Positions 1 through 9,913 of a stretch of DNA of 64,000 nt are shown here, in pieces. Each line of letters opens with the position of its first letter. The stretch's first letter is position 1. Where the stretch lies: assembly GCA_963662435.1 (NCBI GenBank), contig OY759598.1:1-64000 (forward strand). Direction: 5' to 3'. This DNA is from Dehalococcoidia bacterium (GTDB taxonomy: Bacteria > Chloroflexota > Dehalococcoidia > Lucifugimonadales > VXLM01). The notes beneath the pieces are model-generated. The model saw only the letters and a list, made by a program, of their open reading frames with translations, was not told the origin of the DNA and did no database searches. Made by a program: the position numbers and the translations under genes.

Positions 1-1560
<1,560 letters not shown>

Positions 1561-1640
1561 CGAACGCCCTCTGGAGACTACGCAGTCCCGCTGTCCATAC
1601 TGTTGCTTCTCGGGGATTGTATCACGGTCTCCAATAGGGC

Positions 1641-1732
1641 TTTCATGGAAAAGGAGAGAGTTTTCATGGAAACAGGGCAAACCTTCATGGGTTCTTTCAT
1701 GGAAGTGGGGCTTTTTTTCATGGCCGTTTCAT
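1641..1732. promoter_or_regulatory. Phased TTCATGG direct repeats upstream of the kinase
   Basis: TTCATGG at 1642, 1663, 1684, 1696 and 1717, plus TTCAT at 1728. Confidence 0.5.
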
Positions 1733-1976
1733 ATTCCTCCCTTATCGTAGGCAGCATCAATCGCTGAGGAGACGCCAAATGGCTGGACATCTGATCCATA
1801 TCAGGGGGCACTGGTTAAGCCGGTGCATCCATTGAGGCCCCTGCCGGTAGAGGACGAAGTAGGTTGCTCGAACAACTCTTCATCCGGCTGCGCAGGGGCA
1901 AGCAAGAACCCGCATGACCAGTCCAATGCGCGTCTTCAACGTAAACGACCGGGAGAATCCTTAAGGAGATAAAGCA

Positions 1977-2087
1977 ATGAGTAAGAGGAATCTGACTATC
2001 GGCATCGCGGTGGCAACCTTGGGAGTGCTGGCGCTTACGCCGCAGATGATCAAGGTCAGCAGGCGGTGGCGGCAACACCAGGCATGA
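1977..2087 (+). CDS. Small 36-aa hydrophobic peptide (MSKRNLTIGIAVATLGVLALTPQMIKVSRRWRQHQA)
   Basis: AAGGAG RBS shortly upstream of the ATG, one hydrophobic segment, followed by a strong hairpin at 2103-2141. Below the ORF-track cutoff. Confidence 0.4.
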   Translation: MSKRNLTIGIAVATLGVLALTPQMIKVSRRWRQHQA

Positions 2088-2239
2088 GGGTCTTGAGGGT
2101 GCGGCCGGCGAGTACGTTGTATGGCAGCGCACTCGCCGGCCAATTTCTCCTGTCCTCCTTGCCCCGGACAGCATTGACAAGCACGGCCGGGCAGAAGCGC
2201 TGAGGGAACCGGTTGAGTGACCGGTAGGAGGTGAGCACT

Positions 2240-2554
2240 ATGTTGGGAGCACTACGAGAAACGGCGGTTCGGCTGTTGCCCAGATCAGCCGCAGAGTACG
2301 TCTACACGACTGACATCATCAAATATTACCCGCTTGGTTTCCACACGCGGGACAGCGCGGTCGTGGAGGGCGTGAACCTATACACTCAGACTCAGCAGCA
2401 CTTCCCGCCGGACACCGACTCGTTCAGGCACGCCTTTGGCGTTCACCGTGCTGACTGCGAACGAATCAACAACCTACGGAATACCTCAGTTCCGTGCGAT
2501 GCCGACGATCCCAACGGCAACTGCTGGGAGGGTGTCGTAGAGTTCCATCGGTAG
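2240..2554 (+). CDS. Hypothetical protein
   Basis: Strong AGGAGGTG RBS before the ATG at 2240; no family recognised. Confidence 0.4.
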   Translation: MLGALRETAVRLLPRSAAEYVYTTDIIKYYPLGFHTRDSAVVEGVNLYTQTQQHFPPDTDSFRHAFGVHRADCERINNLRNTSVPCDADDPNGNCWEGVVEFHR

Positions 2555-4868
2555 GTACCCTGATGAACCCCGACTACGGGCACAGGCTCACTCAGATATG
2601 AGGGATGGCGTTGTCGACAACTTGGTCTTTGCCGGTGCTTACCGGCGGTCCTATGACTGAATTGCCACTGTCGTCTCTCTGTGGGTCCCCACCAGTAACG
2701 CAGTAGGTCACATGCTCCAGCTTTCGCAGATATTTGACGGTCGTCGCGGTTGTGGCAGCCATGGCAACACTGGCCTCAAACCCTGCGCCGGTTGCGGAAG
2801 ACCCCGGACCTGCATGCACAAACCTGACTCTCCATGCACGGCACCTCTGGACAAATTCATATTAGGACCCCGCCAAATACGACAGCGTGGTGTAGACCGG
2901 ACAACCCAGATCTTCCCCGCTCACTCTGCCCACATTGCATTCCCGTCCCTCCCGCCGTAGCTGTTGTCGGATAGAGAAGTTGGCGGTTGACCATCTGATT
3001 GGAACACCTTTTCGTCCTCAGTCGCCGCCCGTCTATGAGTCCCCGGCAACGTGGGTGCCTATCTTCGCGCCAACACAGCGGTAAACGTCGTCCTCCTCAG
3101 CGTCACCTACGTCCAGACCATTGTCGAACAAGGAGTGCTAGGCGACGCATGAATACTTCCGCCACTCCATTCCCTCGGCAGACGCCCGTTCTCCCTGACG
3201 TATCAGCTTGCAGCATGGCTACTCCCTCCGCCCCGGACACTTCCAGTAGAAGTTGTCTCAGCACGGGCTGCTGGGACAACTTTGTAGCAACTTGCAGCCC
3301 TGATCGCCCCTTACGACCTCCCGAGTACAATTCGTTGCAGAACTGACACATCAGGCTTCACCGTTGACCCAGCATACGCCGCCCGTCCCCATGACATGCC
3401 GGCTAAGGTTCCTAGCTAAAGCCGTCCTGCCACGGAATCCGGCAAACGGACGCTGAATCCCTTGCACCATGCCGCGCAAACTTGTCGCCAGAGCCATTCT
3501 CAGGGTTTCCTATAGGGGACAACAGGTAGGGGACAACAGGGCATTCCTCTCACTCACCGTGTCAGCCCCCTACAGCTCCCAAAAGTACAACTCGTTGTAG
3601 AACCGGCGGGATCGCGTAGCCGCTCGGAGACCTCGCCGACCACCCTCTTCTCGATCTCTTCGACGCTCTCGATGGGGTGACGTGTCACTAGCTCCGCGAC
3701 TTCGGTGAGCTGTGTATCAAGGTCGTTCAGGGTCCCGAAGCGCCTTCCGCCCGCCGCAAAACCCCACGTCATGCACCCCCACCTCGAGGGCGATTTGAAG
3801 GTCTTTTTGTCATCGGGGAGCCACCTGGACGGGGACGACGATTTCATTTCCCACGTTTGGCGATGTCATCGCCGTCCGGAACGCACCCTTTCAACAAAGT
3901 GTTCACTGATTGTATATAATTCCCCTAATTTACCCCTGATTCAGCTTGCCCACGACCCGATTGAAGCATCACTGACAAAACTCGATCTCCTGTACACCCC
4001 CCGCACTGCATGGACGCCATCCATTTTCCGAGAACCTGAAAGGGGCTCCCCTACGCTCCCCTCCCTCGCAGGTGTATTGGGCTGAAGCGCCAAACAGTCA
4101 GGCTCTCGCCCGTGATGATGCCCACCGCAGCTTTTTCGCCTGCTCATCCATCCCGGCGGCGGCTTTCCTATCACCCTGTAAGAGTCCAACTTTCAGCTAG
4201 GGCCTTTCCAACTCCGCTCCGAGGACGGCCACTTGAAAAACGCAACTCTCAGCTACGGATCATCCAAGTCCAAACCGAAACGTACCCGCAAGTCGAAGTG
4301 TTCACCGTTCACGGCCTGTAGAAGACGATTTACCCCTGCATTAGCTACGAAATGACCCGATTTGGATTTTCCAACCAACGCCATTTCTCTGTACACCCCA
4401 ACGGCATCGCGAAAGAGCTTGCCGACCCGATGCCCTATAGGGGCGCTCATGTGAGCGCCCTCACAGGTAGTTACGGCCGGCGTCTCGACCGATCAAACTG
4501 GACGGCAGATTCCAGACTCATGCAACGTCGGGACGGGATGAGCGGGATGCGAAGCGCCGACGAGAGAAATCAATCGACTGACTGCCAGGCTACGGTGCAC
4601 TCCGCCGAGTGGCAGGGAGACGGTGCGGCGCGGGCTGCGCATCTTCGCCCGGATGATCACCCGTGCCCACCTTCGGCGTCAGGCGTCCCAGTCCCTACCT
4701 GCGCCCGGGCCGCCCGTACAGGCCGAGGACGAAGACTGAACGGCTGAAAAGCCCGGATTCGAGCTTCAACCCTCATTTCGTCCAGTCAAGCCCACTCATT
4801 TGTATCAACCCATAGAGGACTCGAACTCCGCACCCGCGGATGCCGTGTGCAGGAAGCAGGTTAGTCAT

Positions 4869-5027
4869 TCCAGGCTGTTCGGAGAGGTTGATAACCATAA
4901 TCGTGATCTTGGGCGTGCAGGAGTCGAAATCGTCGTCACACGCCACCACCGTCACCTCCTAGACGTTGTCCCTGCCCTTGTCTAACAAGTTCTCAAAGTC
5001 CGGCAACCTCATTAGCGTGAGCACTCC
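4869..5027 (-). pseudogene. Cadherin-like domain relic
   Basis: Translates GVLTLMRLPDFENLLDKGRDNV*EVTVVACD...ITIMVINLSEQPG, matching the bacterial cadherin pattern PDFE.P.D...DNVYEVTV.ASD with the Tyr replaced by TAG (4959-4961). Confidence 0.6.
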
Positions 5028-5063
5028 TTGAAAATAACCTCCCGTAGGGGCGATTCGCGAATC

Positions 5064-6495
5064 CAATTGCTCCAACTAATTACCGTTTTTGCCTTTGGAT
5101 AGTACTCCTCTGAGTAGTAAAAGGATATGACTACTCGTCAGGAGGAGCTTCGTAATGTCGACCAAGACCGACGACGACCCAGACACGGTCGGGAATATAG
5201 AGGAGTTTCTCCAGCAGTGTTTGGAGGACATGGAGCCAGATCACAGTCTCAAGGGCCCTGGCAGACCACGGGTGTTACCCGCAATGGCTCTGTGGGCGGG
5301 ACTACTGGTCTGTGTCTTGAGAGGCTTTGAAAGCCAACTGGCCGTATGGCGTCTTATCTCCGAGCACGGACTGTGGTTCTTCCCCCGATTTCCCGTTACC
5401 GACCAAGCGGTCTACAAACGGCTCCACGACGCGGGACCTGAGCCGTTCGAGAGACTCTTCAAGCACATCAGCAGCGTATTGACAGAGCGATTACAGGGTT
5501 TGGCATCTGAGCAACTGGCGCCGTTCGCCAAGCAGGTGGTCTCCATAGACGAAAGTACCCTGGACGCCATGTCGAGAAGGCTTCCTCCTCTGAGAAGAAT
5601 CCCCAAAGGCGACACTCGTCTGCTGCCTGGCAAGCTGGCAGGCGTGTTCGACGTGAGACGACAGCAGTGGCGGACCGTCAAGCTTCATCCGAATCCCCAA
5701 CAGAACGAGAAGGTGTCGGCGCGGGAGTTGGCACAAGACCTGCCAGCCGGAACACTGGTGTTGGCAGACCTTGGTTACTTCGGCTTCGCCTGGTTTGACT
5801 GGCTCACAGAAAGGGATGTCTATTGGCTGAGCAGATTGAGAGCAAAGACCAGCTACAAGGTCGTACACACCTTCTATCAGAGGGGCGAGGTGTTTGACGG
5901 CATCGTGTGGCTGGGAGCCTACCGCGCTGATCGGGCCAAATACGCCGTTCGGCTGGTGACCTTCAGACAGGGCAGTACCATGCGACGCTACATCACCAAC
6001 GTTCTTGAGCCACATACGTTCCCGATCTCATCGATGGCCGAGGTCTACGCTCGCAGGTGGGACATCGAGATGGCGTTCAAGCTGATCAAGCAACATCTGA
6101 AGCTGCGCCTTCTGTGGTCTTCCAAGCATGTGGTGATTTACCAGCAGATATGGGCGACGTTGATTATCTCGCAAGTCCTGCAGTCGCTGAGGCTTGAGAT
6201 AGCTCACAGAGCCGGGGTGGACCCGTTCGAGGTGTCCATCAGCCTGTTGGTTGAGTATGCGCCACAGTATGCCTATGAAGGCAGGGATCCCGTGAAGATA
6301 TTCGTGGAGCGAGGGCGTGATCTAGGCTTCATTCGACCTTCCCGCAGAACCCGCATTCACACCCCAAACATACCCGACGAGACAATACTGCCTGCACCAC
6401 CTGAACTGGTGCTCACCCGCACCCCTAGATACGCTAACCGCAAGTGCTTCAAACGTCCCGCAAATACCCCGAAAGTGAATTAGTTGGAGCAGATG
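5064..6495 (+). mobile_element. IS4-family insertion sequence (1432 bp)
   Basis: Terminal inverted repeats CAATTGCTCCAACTAATT (5064-5081) and AATTAGTTGGAGCAGATG (6478-6495), 16/18 match. 10-bp target duplication TTCGCGAATC at 5054-5063 and 6496-6505. Confidence 0.93.
5155..6483 (+). CDS. IS4-family DDE transposase
   Basis: VSIDESTL, LADLGY and YARRWDIEMAFKLIK (YREK-type) motifs. Confidence 0.93.
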   Translation: MSTKTDDDPDTVGNIEEFLQQCLEDMEPDHSLKGPGRPRVLPAMALWAGLLVCVLRGFESQLAVWRLISEHGLWFFPRFPVTDQAVYKRLHDAGPEPFERLFKHISSVLTERLQGLASEQLAPFAKQVVSIDESTLDAMSRRLPPLRRIPKGDTRLLPGKLAGVFDVRRQQWRTVKLHPNPQQNEKVSARELAQDLPAGTLVLADLGYFGFAWFDWLTERDVYWLSRLRAKTSYKVVHTFYQRGEVFDGIVWLGAYRADRAKYAVRLVTFRQGSTMRRYITNVLEPHTFPISSMAEVYARRWDIEMAFKLIKQHLKLRLLWSSKHVVIYQQIWATLIISQVLQSLRLEIAHRAGVDPFEVSISLLVEYAPQYAYEGRDPVKIFVERGRDLGFIRPSRRTRIHTPNIPDETILPAPPELVLTRTPRYANRKCFKRPANTPKVN

Positions 6496-6737
6496 TTCGC
6501 GAATCGCCCCTATATTTTCATGTTTCGTGGTGTCGGCGGCAGCCGGTATGAGAGAGCCTTTGATACATCGCAAAGTGCCTCCACCTTGCCCCCGAAACAG
6601 ACCGAATGAAATCTCTACTCTCGAGATCGCTGCCGCGACAGGTATGCGGCGTCGCGGCGCCCAAGGTGTGTACCCTCTTACTCTATAGAATTCTGGTACA
6701 CTACCCCGAAGTCAGCTCACAGTGAGGGTACAACATC

Positions 6738-7760
6738 TTGGGAGTGCCTCTTTCACAAGCGTGTACAGTAGCTTTGCATGTGGCAAAGCAGCGATTGGCG
6801 CGACGCGAGCGCTACCCCCTTGTGCTAATGTTGGAGCCCCTGCTGCGTTGCAATCTTGCCTGTGCGGGCTGTGGAAAGATCCAGTATCCGCCTCACGTGC
6901 TCAAGCGCGCGCTCACGGTTGACCAGTGCATCGCCGCGGTGGAGGAGTGCGGAGCGCCCATCGTTAGCATCCCCGGTGGAGAACCGCTGCTTTATCCACA
7001 CATCGGCGAGTTGGTGGAAGAACTCACTCGGCGTAAGAAGTACGTCTACCTCTGCACCAACGCTTTGCTGCTCAAGCAGAAGCTGGAGGAGAATGTCTTC
7101 ACCCCCTCCAAGCGCCTTAATTTCAGCGTCCACATGGATGGTCTGCGGAAGGAGCATGACGCTTCGGTATGCCGGAACGGCGTTTACGACATCGCTGTCG
7201 CGGCGATTCGGGAGGCGGTTCGGCGTGGCTTTCGCGTCACCACCAATACCACGCTGTTCAACACGGCGGAGCCAATGCGCGTTCGCGACTTCTTCGATGC
7301 GATGATGGACCTGGACATGGAGGGCATGATGGTGTCCCCTGGGTTCAACTATGAGAAAGCCCCGGATCAGGACTCCTTCCTTGAGCGGGAGCGTACACGG
7401 GAGCTCTTCTCCCAGGTGCTTGCCGACAAGAAGAAGGGCTGGCGTTTAAACCAGTCGCCACTGTTTCTCCAGTTCCTCATGGGTAAACGAGACTTCGAAT
7501 GTACGCCGTGGGGCAACCCACTGTATACGATATTCGGGTGGCAGCGCCCGTGTTACCTCCTGCAGGACGGCTATGTTGCTACCTTCCGGGAATTGATGGA
7601 GGAAACATCCTGGGAGGAGTATGGCCGCGCGAGTGGGAATCATAATTGCCAAGACTGCATGGTCCACTGCGGCTACGAGCCCTCCGCCATCAACGCGACT
7701 TTCACGACTTGGCGCGGTCTGCGGGACTCCACGGTTGCTACGCTTACTGGCAGGCTGTGA
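6738..7760 (+). CDS. hpnH: Adenosyl-hopene transferase (radical SAM)
   Basis: YPLVLMLEPLLRCNLACAGCGKI CxxxCxxC motif, CTPWGNP, PCYLL and C-terminal CQDCMVHCGYE; clustered with shc. Confidence 0.93.
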   Translation: MGVPLSQACTVALHVAKQRLARRERYPLVLMLEPLLRCNLACAGCGKIQYPPHVLKRALTVDQCIAAVEECGAPIVSIPGGEPLLYPHIGELVEELTRRKKYVYLCTNALLLKQKLEENVFTPSKRLNFSVHMDGLRKEHDASVCRNGVYDIAVAAIREAVRRGFRVTTNTTLFNTAEPMRVRDFFDAMMDLDMEGMMVSPGFNYEKAPDQDSFLERERTRELFSQVLADKKKGWRLNQSPLFLQFLMGKRDFECTPWGNPLYTIFGWQRPCYLLQDGYVATFRELMEETSWEEYGRASGNHNCQDCMVHCGYEPSAINATFTTWRGLRDSTVATLTGRL

Positions 7761-7763
7761 ACA

Positions 7764-8120
7764 ATGAACGATCCTCGGCCGCCACTCCATGCTGAAAGCC
7801 AAGGGGCTGGGCAGCACGTCGAGGGCCTCGTCGAACGGGCCTTCCACTACCGCGGCGACGTTACTATCAGGACGATTGACGACGGGTCCCTGACCGGCTA
7901 CCTCTTCAACCGGGACGCCCGTGCGAGCGAACCGTTTGCCCAGTTGTTCGAGACCGAGACCGGACGCGAGGTTTCGATCCCTTACCGAGATATCACCCAA
8001 GTGCTGTTCACCGGTCGGGATGTCGCTGCGGCATCGGTCAAGCATTTCGAAGCTTTCCAAGACCGGCAAGATGGGCCGTCACAGACCGGCTCGCGGGCAC
8101 ATCGCAAGCGGACGGACTGA
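7764..8120 (+). CDS. Hypothetical protein within the hopanoid operon
   Basis: Starts 3 nt after the hpnH stop and ends 1 nt before the next ATG. Confidence 0.75.
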   Translation: MNDPRPPLHAESQGAGQHVEGLVERAFHYRGDVTIRTIDDGSLTGYLFNRDARASEPFAQLFETETGREVSIPYRDITQVLFTGRDVAAASVKHFEAFQDRQDGPSQTGSRAHRKRTD

Positions 8121-8121
8121 C

Positions 8122-8820
8122 ATGGGTACTGACACCATCGCTGCCCCTCTCCTGACAGTCGCCCCGACGCAGCGTGAACTGGGAGGACTGAACTACGGCA
8201 ACGAACGTACTCGCGCGAGCGTTGTCGGCATAGGACGCAACGCGGGTGAACAGGTCGTAGACCTTCTCGATGCCGCGCCGTGCAGGCTGCTCGTCTCCTT
8301 GGGATACGCCGGGGCGCTCGTGCCTCATCTTCATCCCGGTCAACTCGTAGTGGGAAACTCCTATCTTCACGGCGCCAGCGCGGCGATCCCCGGCACTCCT
8401 CATACGACACGCGCGGCAATGCTGCTCCGTCAGTCGGGCCTCTCGGTGCTGGAGGGAGCGATTCTCACCGTGGATGAACCGCTCCTAACCCCACGGGCCA
8501 AGCAACGCGCGCACAATGGCACCGGCGCTATAGTTGTTGACATGGAAGGGCGCTGGATAGCGAATGCGGCAGCATCGAGAGACATCCCACTCATAGGGAT
8601 CCGCGCGGTGCTGGACGAAGCTCATTTCCCCCTCCCTTTGTTCATTGCAGCCATCATCGCGGATGGAGGCCGGCGCGAGTGGGCACATGCTTTCCGGGCG
8701 ATATCACATCCTTCTGCGGTCCGGAGCTTTCTGCCCCTTGCATTGAAATCGCGCAGGGCGTCACGCGCCCTGGCGATGGCTGTGCAAGGCATCCTCCCGG
8801 CTATCGCCCGTCAACTGTGA
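8122..8820 (+). CDS. hpnG: Hopanoid-associated phosphorylase (nucleoside phosphorylase fold)
   Basis: SLGYAGAL...G.LVV, VVDMEG and IRAVLD motifs of the PNP/UDP family; operon context. Start placed at ATG 8122. Confidence 0.75.
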   Translation: MGTDTIAAPLLTVAPTQRELGGLNYGNERTRASVVGIGRNAGEQVVDLLDAAPCRLLVSLGYAGALVPHLHPGQLVVGNSYLHGASAAIPGTPHTTRAAMLLRQSGLSVLEGAILTVDEPLLTPRAKQRAHNGTGAIVVDMEGRWIANAAASRDIPLIGIRAVLDEAHFPLPLFIAAIIADGGRREWAHAFRAISHPSAVRSFLPLALKSRRASRALAMAVQGILPAIARQL

Positions 8821-9836
8821 CCCGGGTCCTCGTAACCGGCACGTCCGGCTTCATCGGGCGACATGTCGTTGAGGCTGCCGCTCGCCGGGGCTATGAAGTT
8901 GTGGCTCTGGTACGGAACATAAGCGCGTACCAAGCGCCGAGGCATTCGGTTGTCCCTGCCGCGGGAGATGTGCGCGACCTGGAGTCCGTTCGTTCAGCAT
9001 TGAAGGGCTGTGACGCCGTCATCCATCTAGCCGCGCTGTATACGTTCGATTCCACGCAGACAGAAGTAATGCGCGAGGTAAATGTGGACGGCACGCAGAA
9101 CGTCTTGCACATGGCACTCAAGGTAGGCGTCGAACGGATTGTTTACACCGGCACTGTGGGAGGGACTGCCTTATCGATAGACGGTCTTGCCACCGAGAGA
9201 GATTTGGCGGGGCCGGAGACAATGAAGGGTCCATATAAGCGCTCCAAATTTGAGGCGGAATGCGTCGTGCGGCAGATGGCAATGCAGGGCGCGCCGGTCG
9301 TGACCGTTTGTCCGACGGCACCCATAGGGCCCGGCGATGAGAAGCCCACTCCGACAGGGAGAATTGTTCGGGACTTCATGCGGCGGCGGATGCCTGCCTA
9401 CGTGGACACGGGTCTGAACTTCGTGCATGTTCGAGATGTGGCGGAGGGCCACTTGCTTGCGCTCGAGCGAGGTCAACTTGGCGCGCGCTACCTTCTTGGG
9501 AACGCGGATGGGAATCTGACGCTCTCGCAGGCGTTCGGAATTCTCTCCGAACTGACCGGCGTGCCTGCCCCGCGCCTTCGCTTACCGCACACAGCAGTCT
9601 TGGCCGCAGCGCGGGTGAGCGAGATTGCCGGAAGAATACTCCGGCGTCCACCGGCAATAGCCCTCGAAGCGGCCCAAATGGCCTCGACCCGAATGTGGGT
9701 AGACCCATCGTGGAGTGTGAGAGAGTTGCGTATGCCGCAGACACCGGTACGCCAAGCATTCCAAGAGGCCGTTGAATGGTTCGCGGCACGCGGGGAGACA
9801 GCGAGGGATAAGCCACGCGACTCCGTGGACGCGTGA
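8817..9836 (+). CDS. hpnA: Hopanoid-associated NAD-dependent sugar epimerase/dehydratase
   Basis: VLVTGTSGFIG Rossmann motif, YKRSK, PTAPIGPGDEKPTPTG and PAYVDTGLNFVHV; GTGA overlap with the hpnG stop. Confidence 0.85.
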   Translation: MTRVLVTGTSGFIGRHVVEAAARRGYEVVALVRNISAYQAPRHSVVPAAGDVRDLESVRSALKGCDAVIHLAALYTFDSTQTEVMREVNVDGTQNVLHMALKVGVERIVYTGTVGGTALSIDGLATERDLAGPETMKGPYKRSKFEAECVVRQMAMQGAPVVTVCPTAPIGPGDEKPTPTGRIVRDFMRRRMPAYVDTGLNFVHVRDVAEGHLLALERGQLGARYLLGNADGNLTLSQAFGILSELTGVPAPRLRLPHTAVLAAARVSEIAGRILRRPPAIALEAAQMASTRMWVDPSWSVRELRMPQTPVRQAFQEAVEWFAARGETARDKPRDSVDA

Positions 9837-9913
9837 ATCCCGTCGCCCTAGTCATACAACACGTGAGTTGGCTGCCGAAATAGGATTCAGTTGATAGACG
9901 ATCTAAGGACCGG

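Noticed and set aside
2592..4747. Short ORFs in the gene-poor region
   Set aside because: No recognisable domains or consistent RBS; probably decayed mobile-element sequence that cannot be called from sequence alone.
4815..4834. tRNA T-arm-like fragment as attR for the P4 integrase
   Set aside because: Only GAGTTCGAGTC matches tRNA-Leu; the stem does not pair and there is no acceptor-end match.
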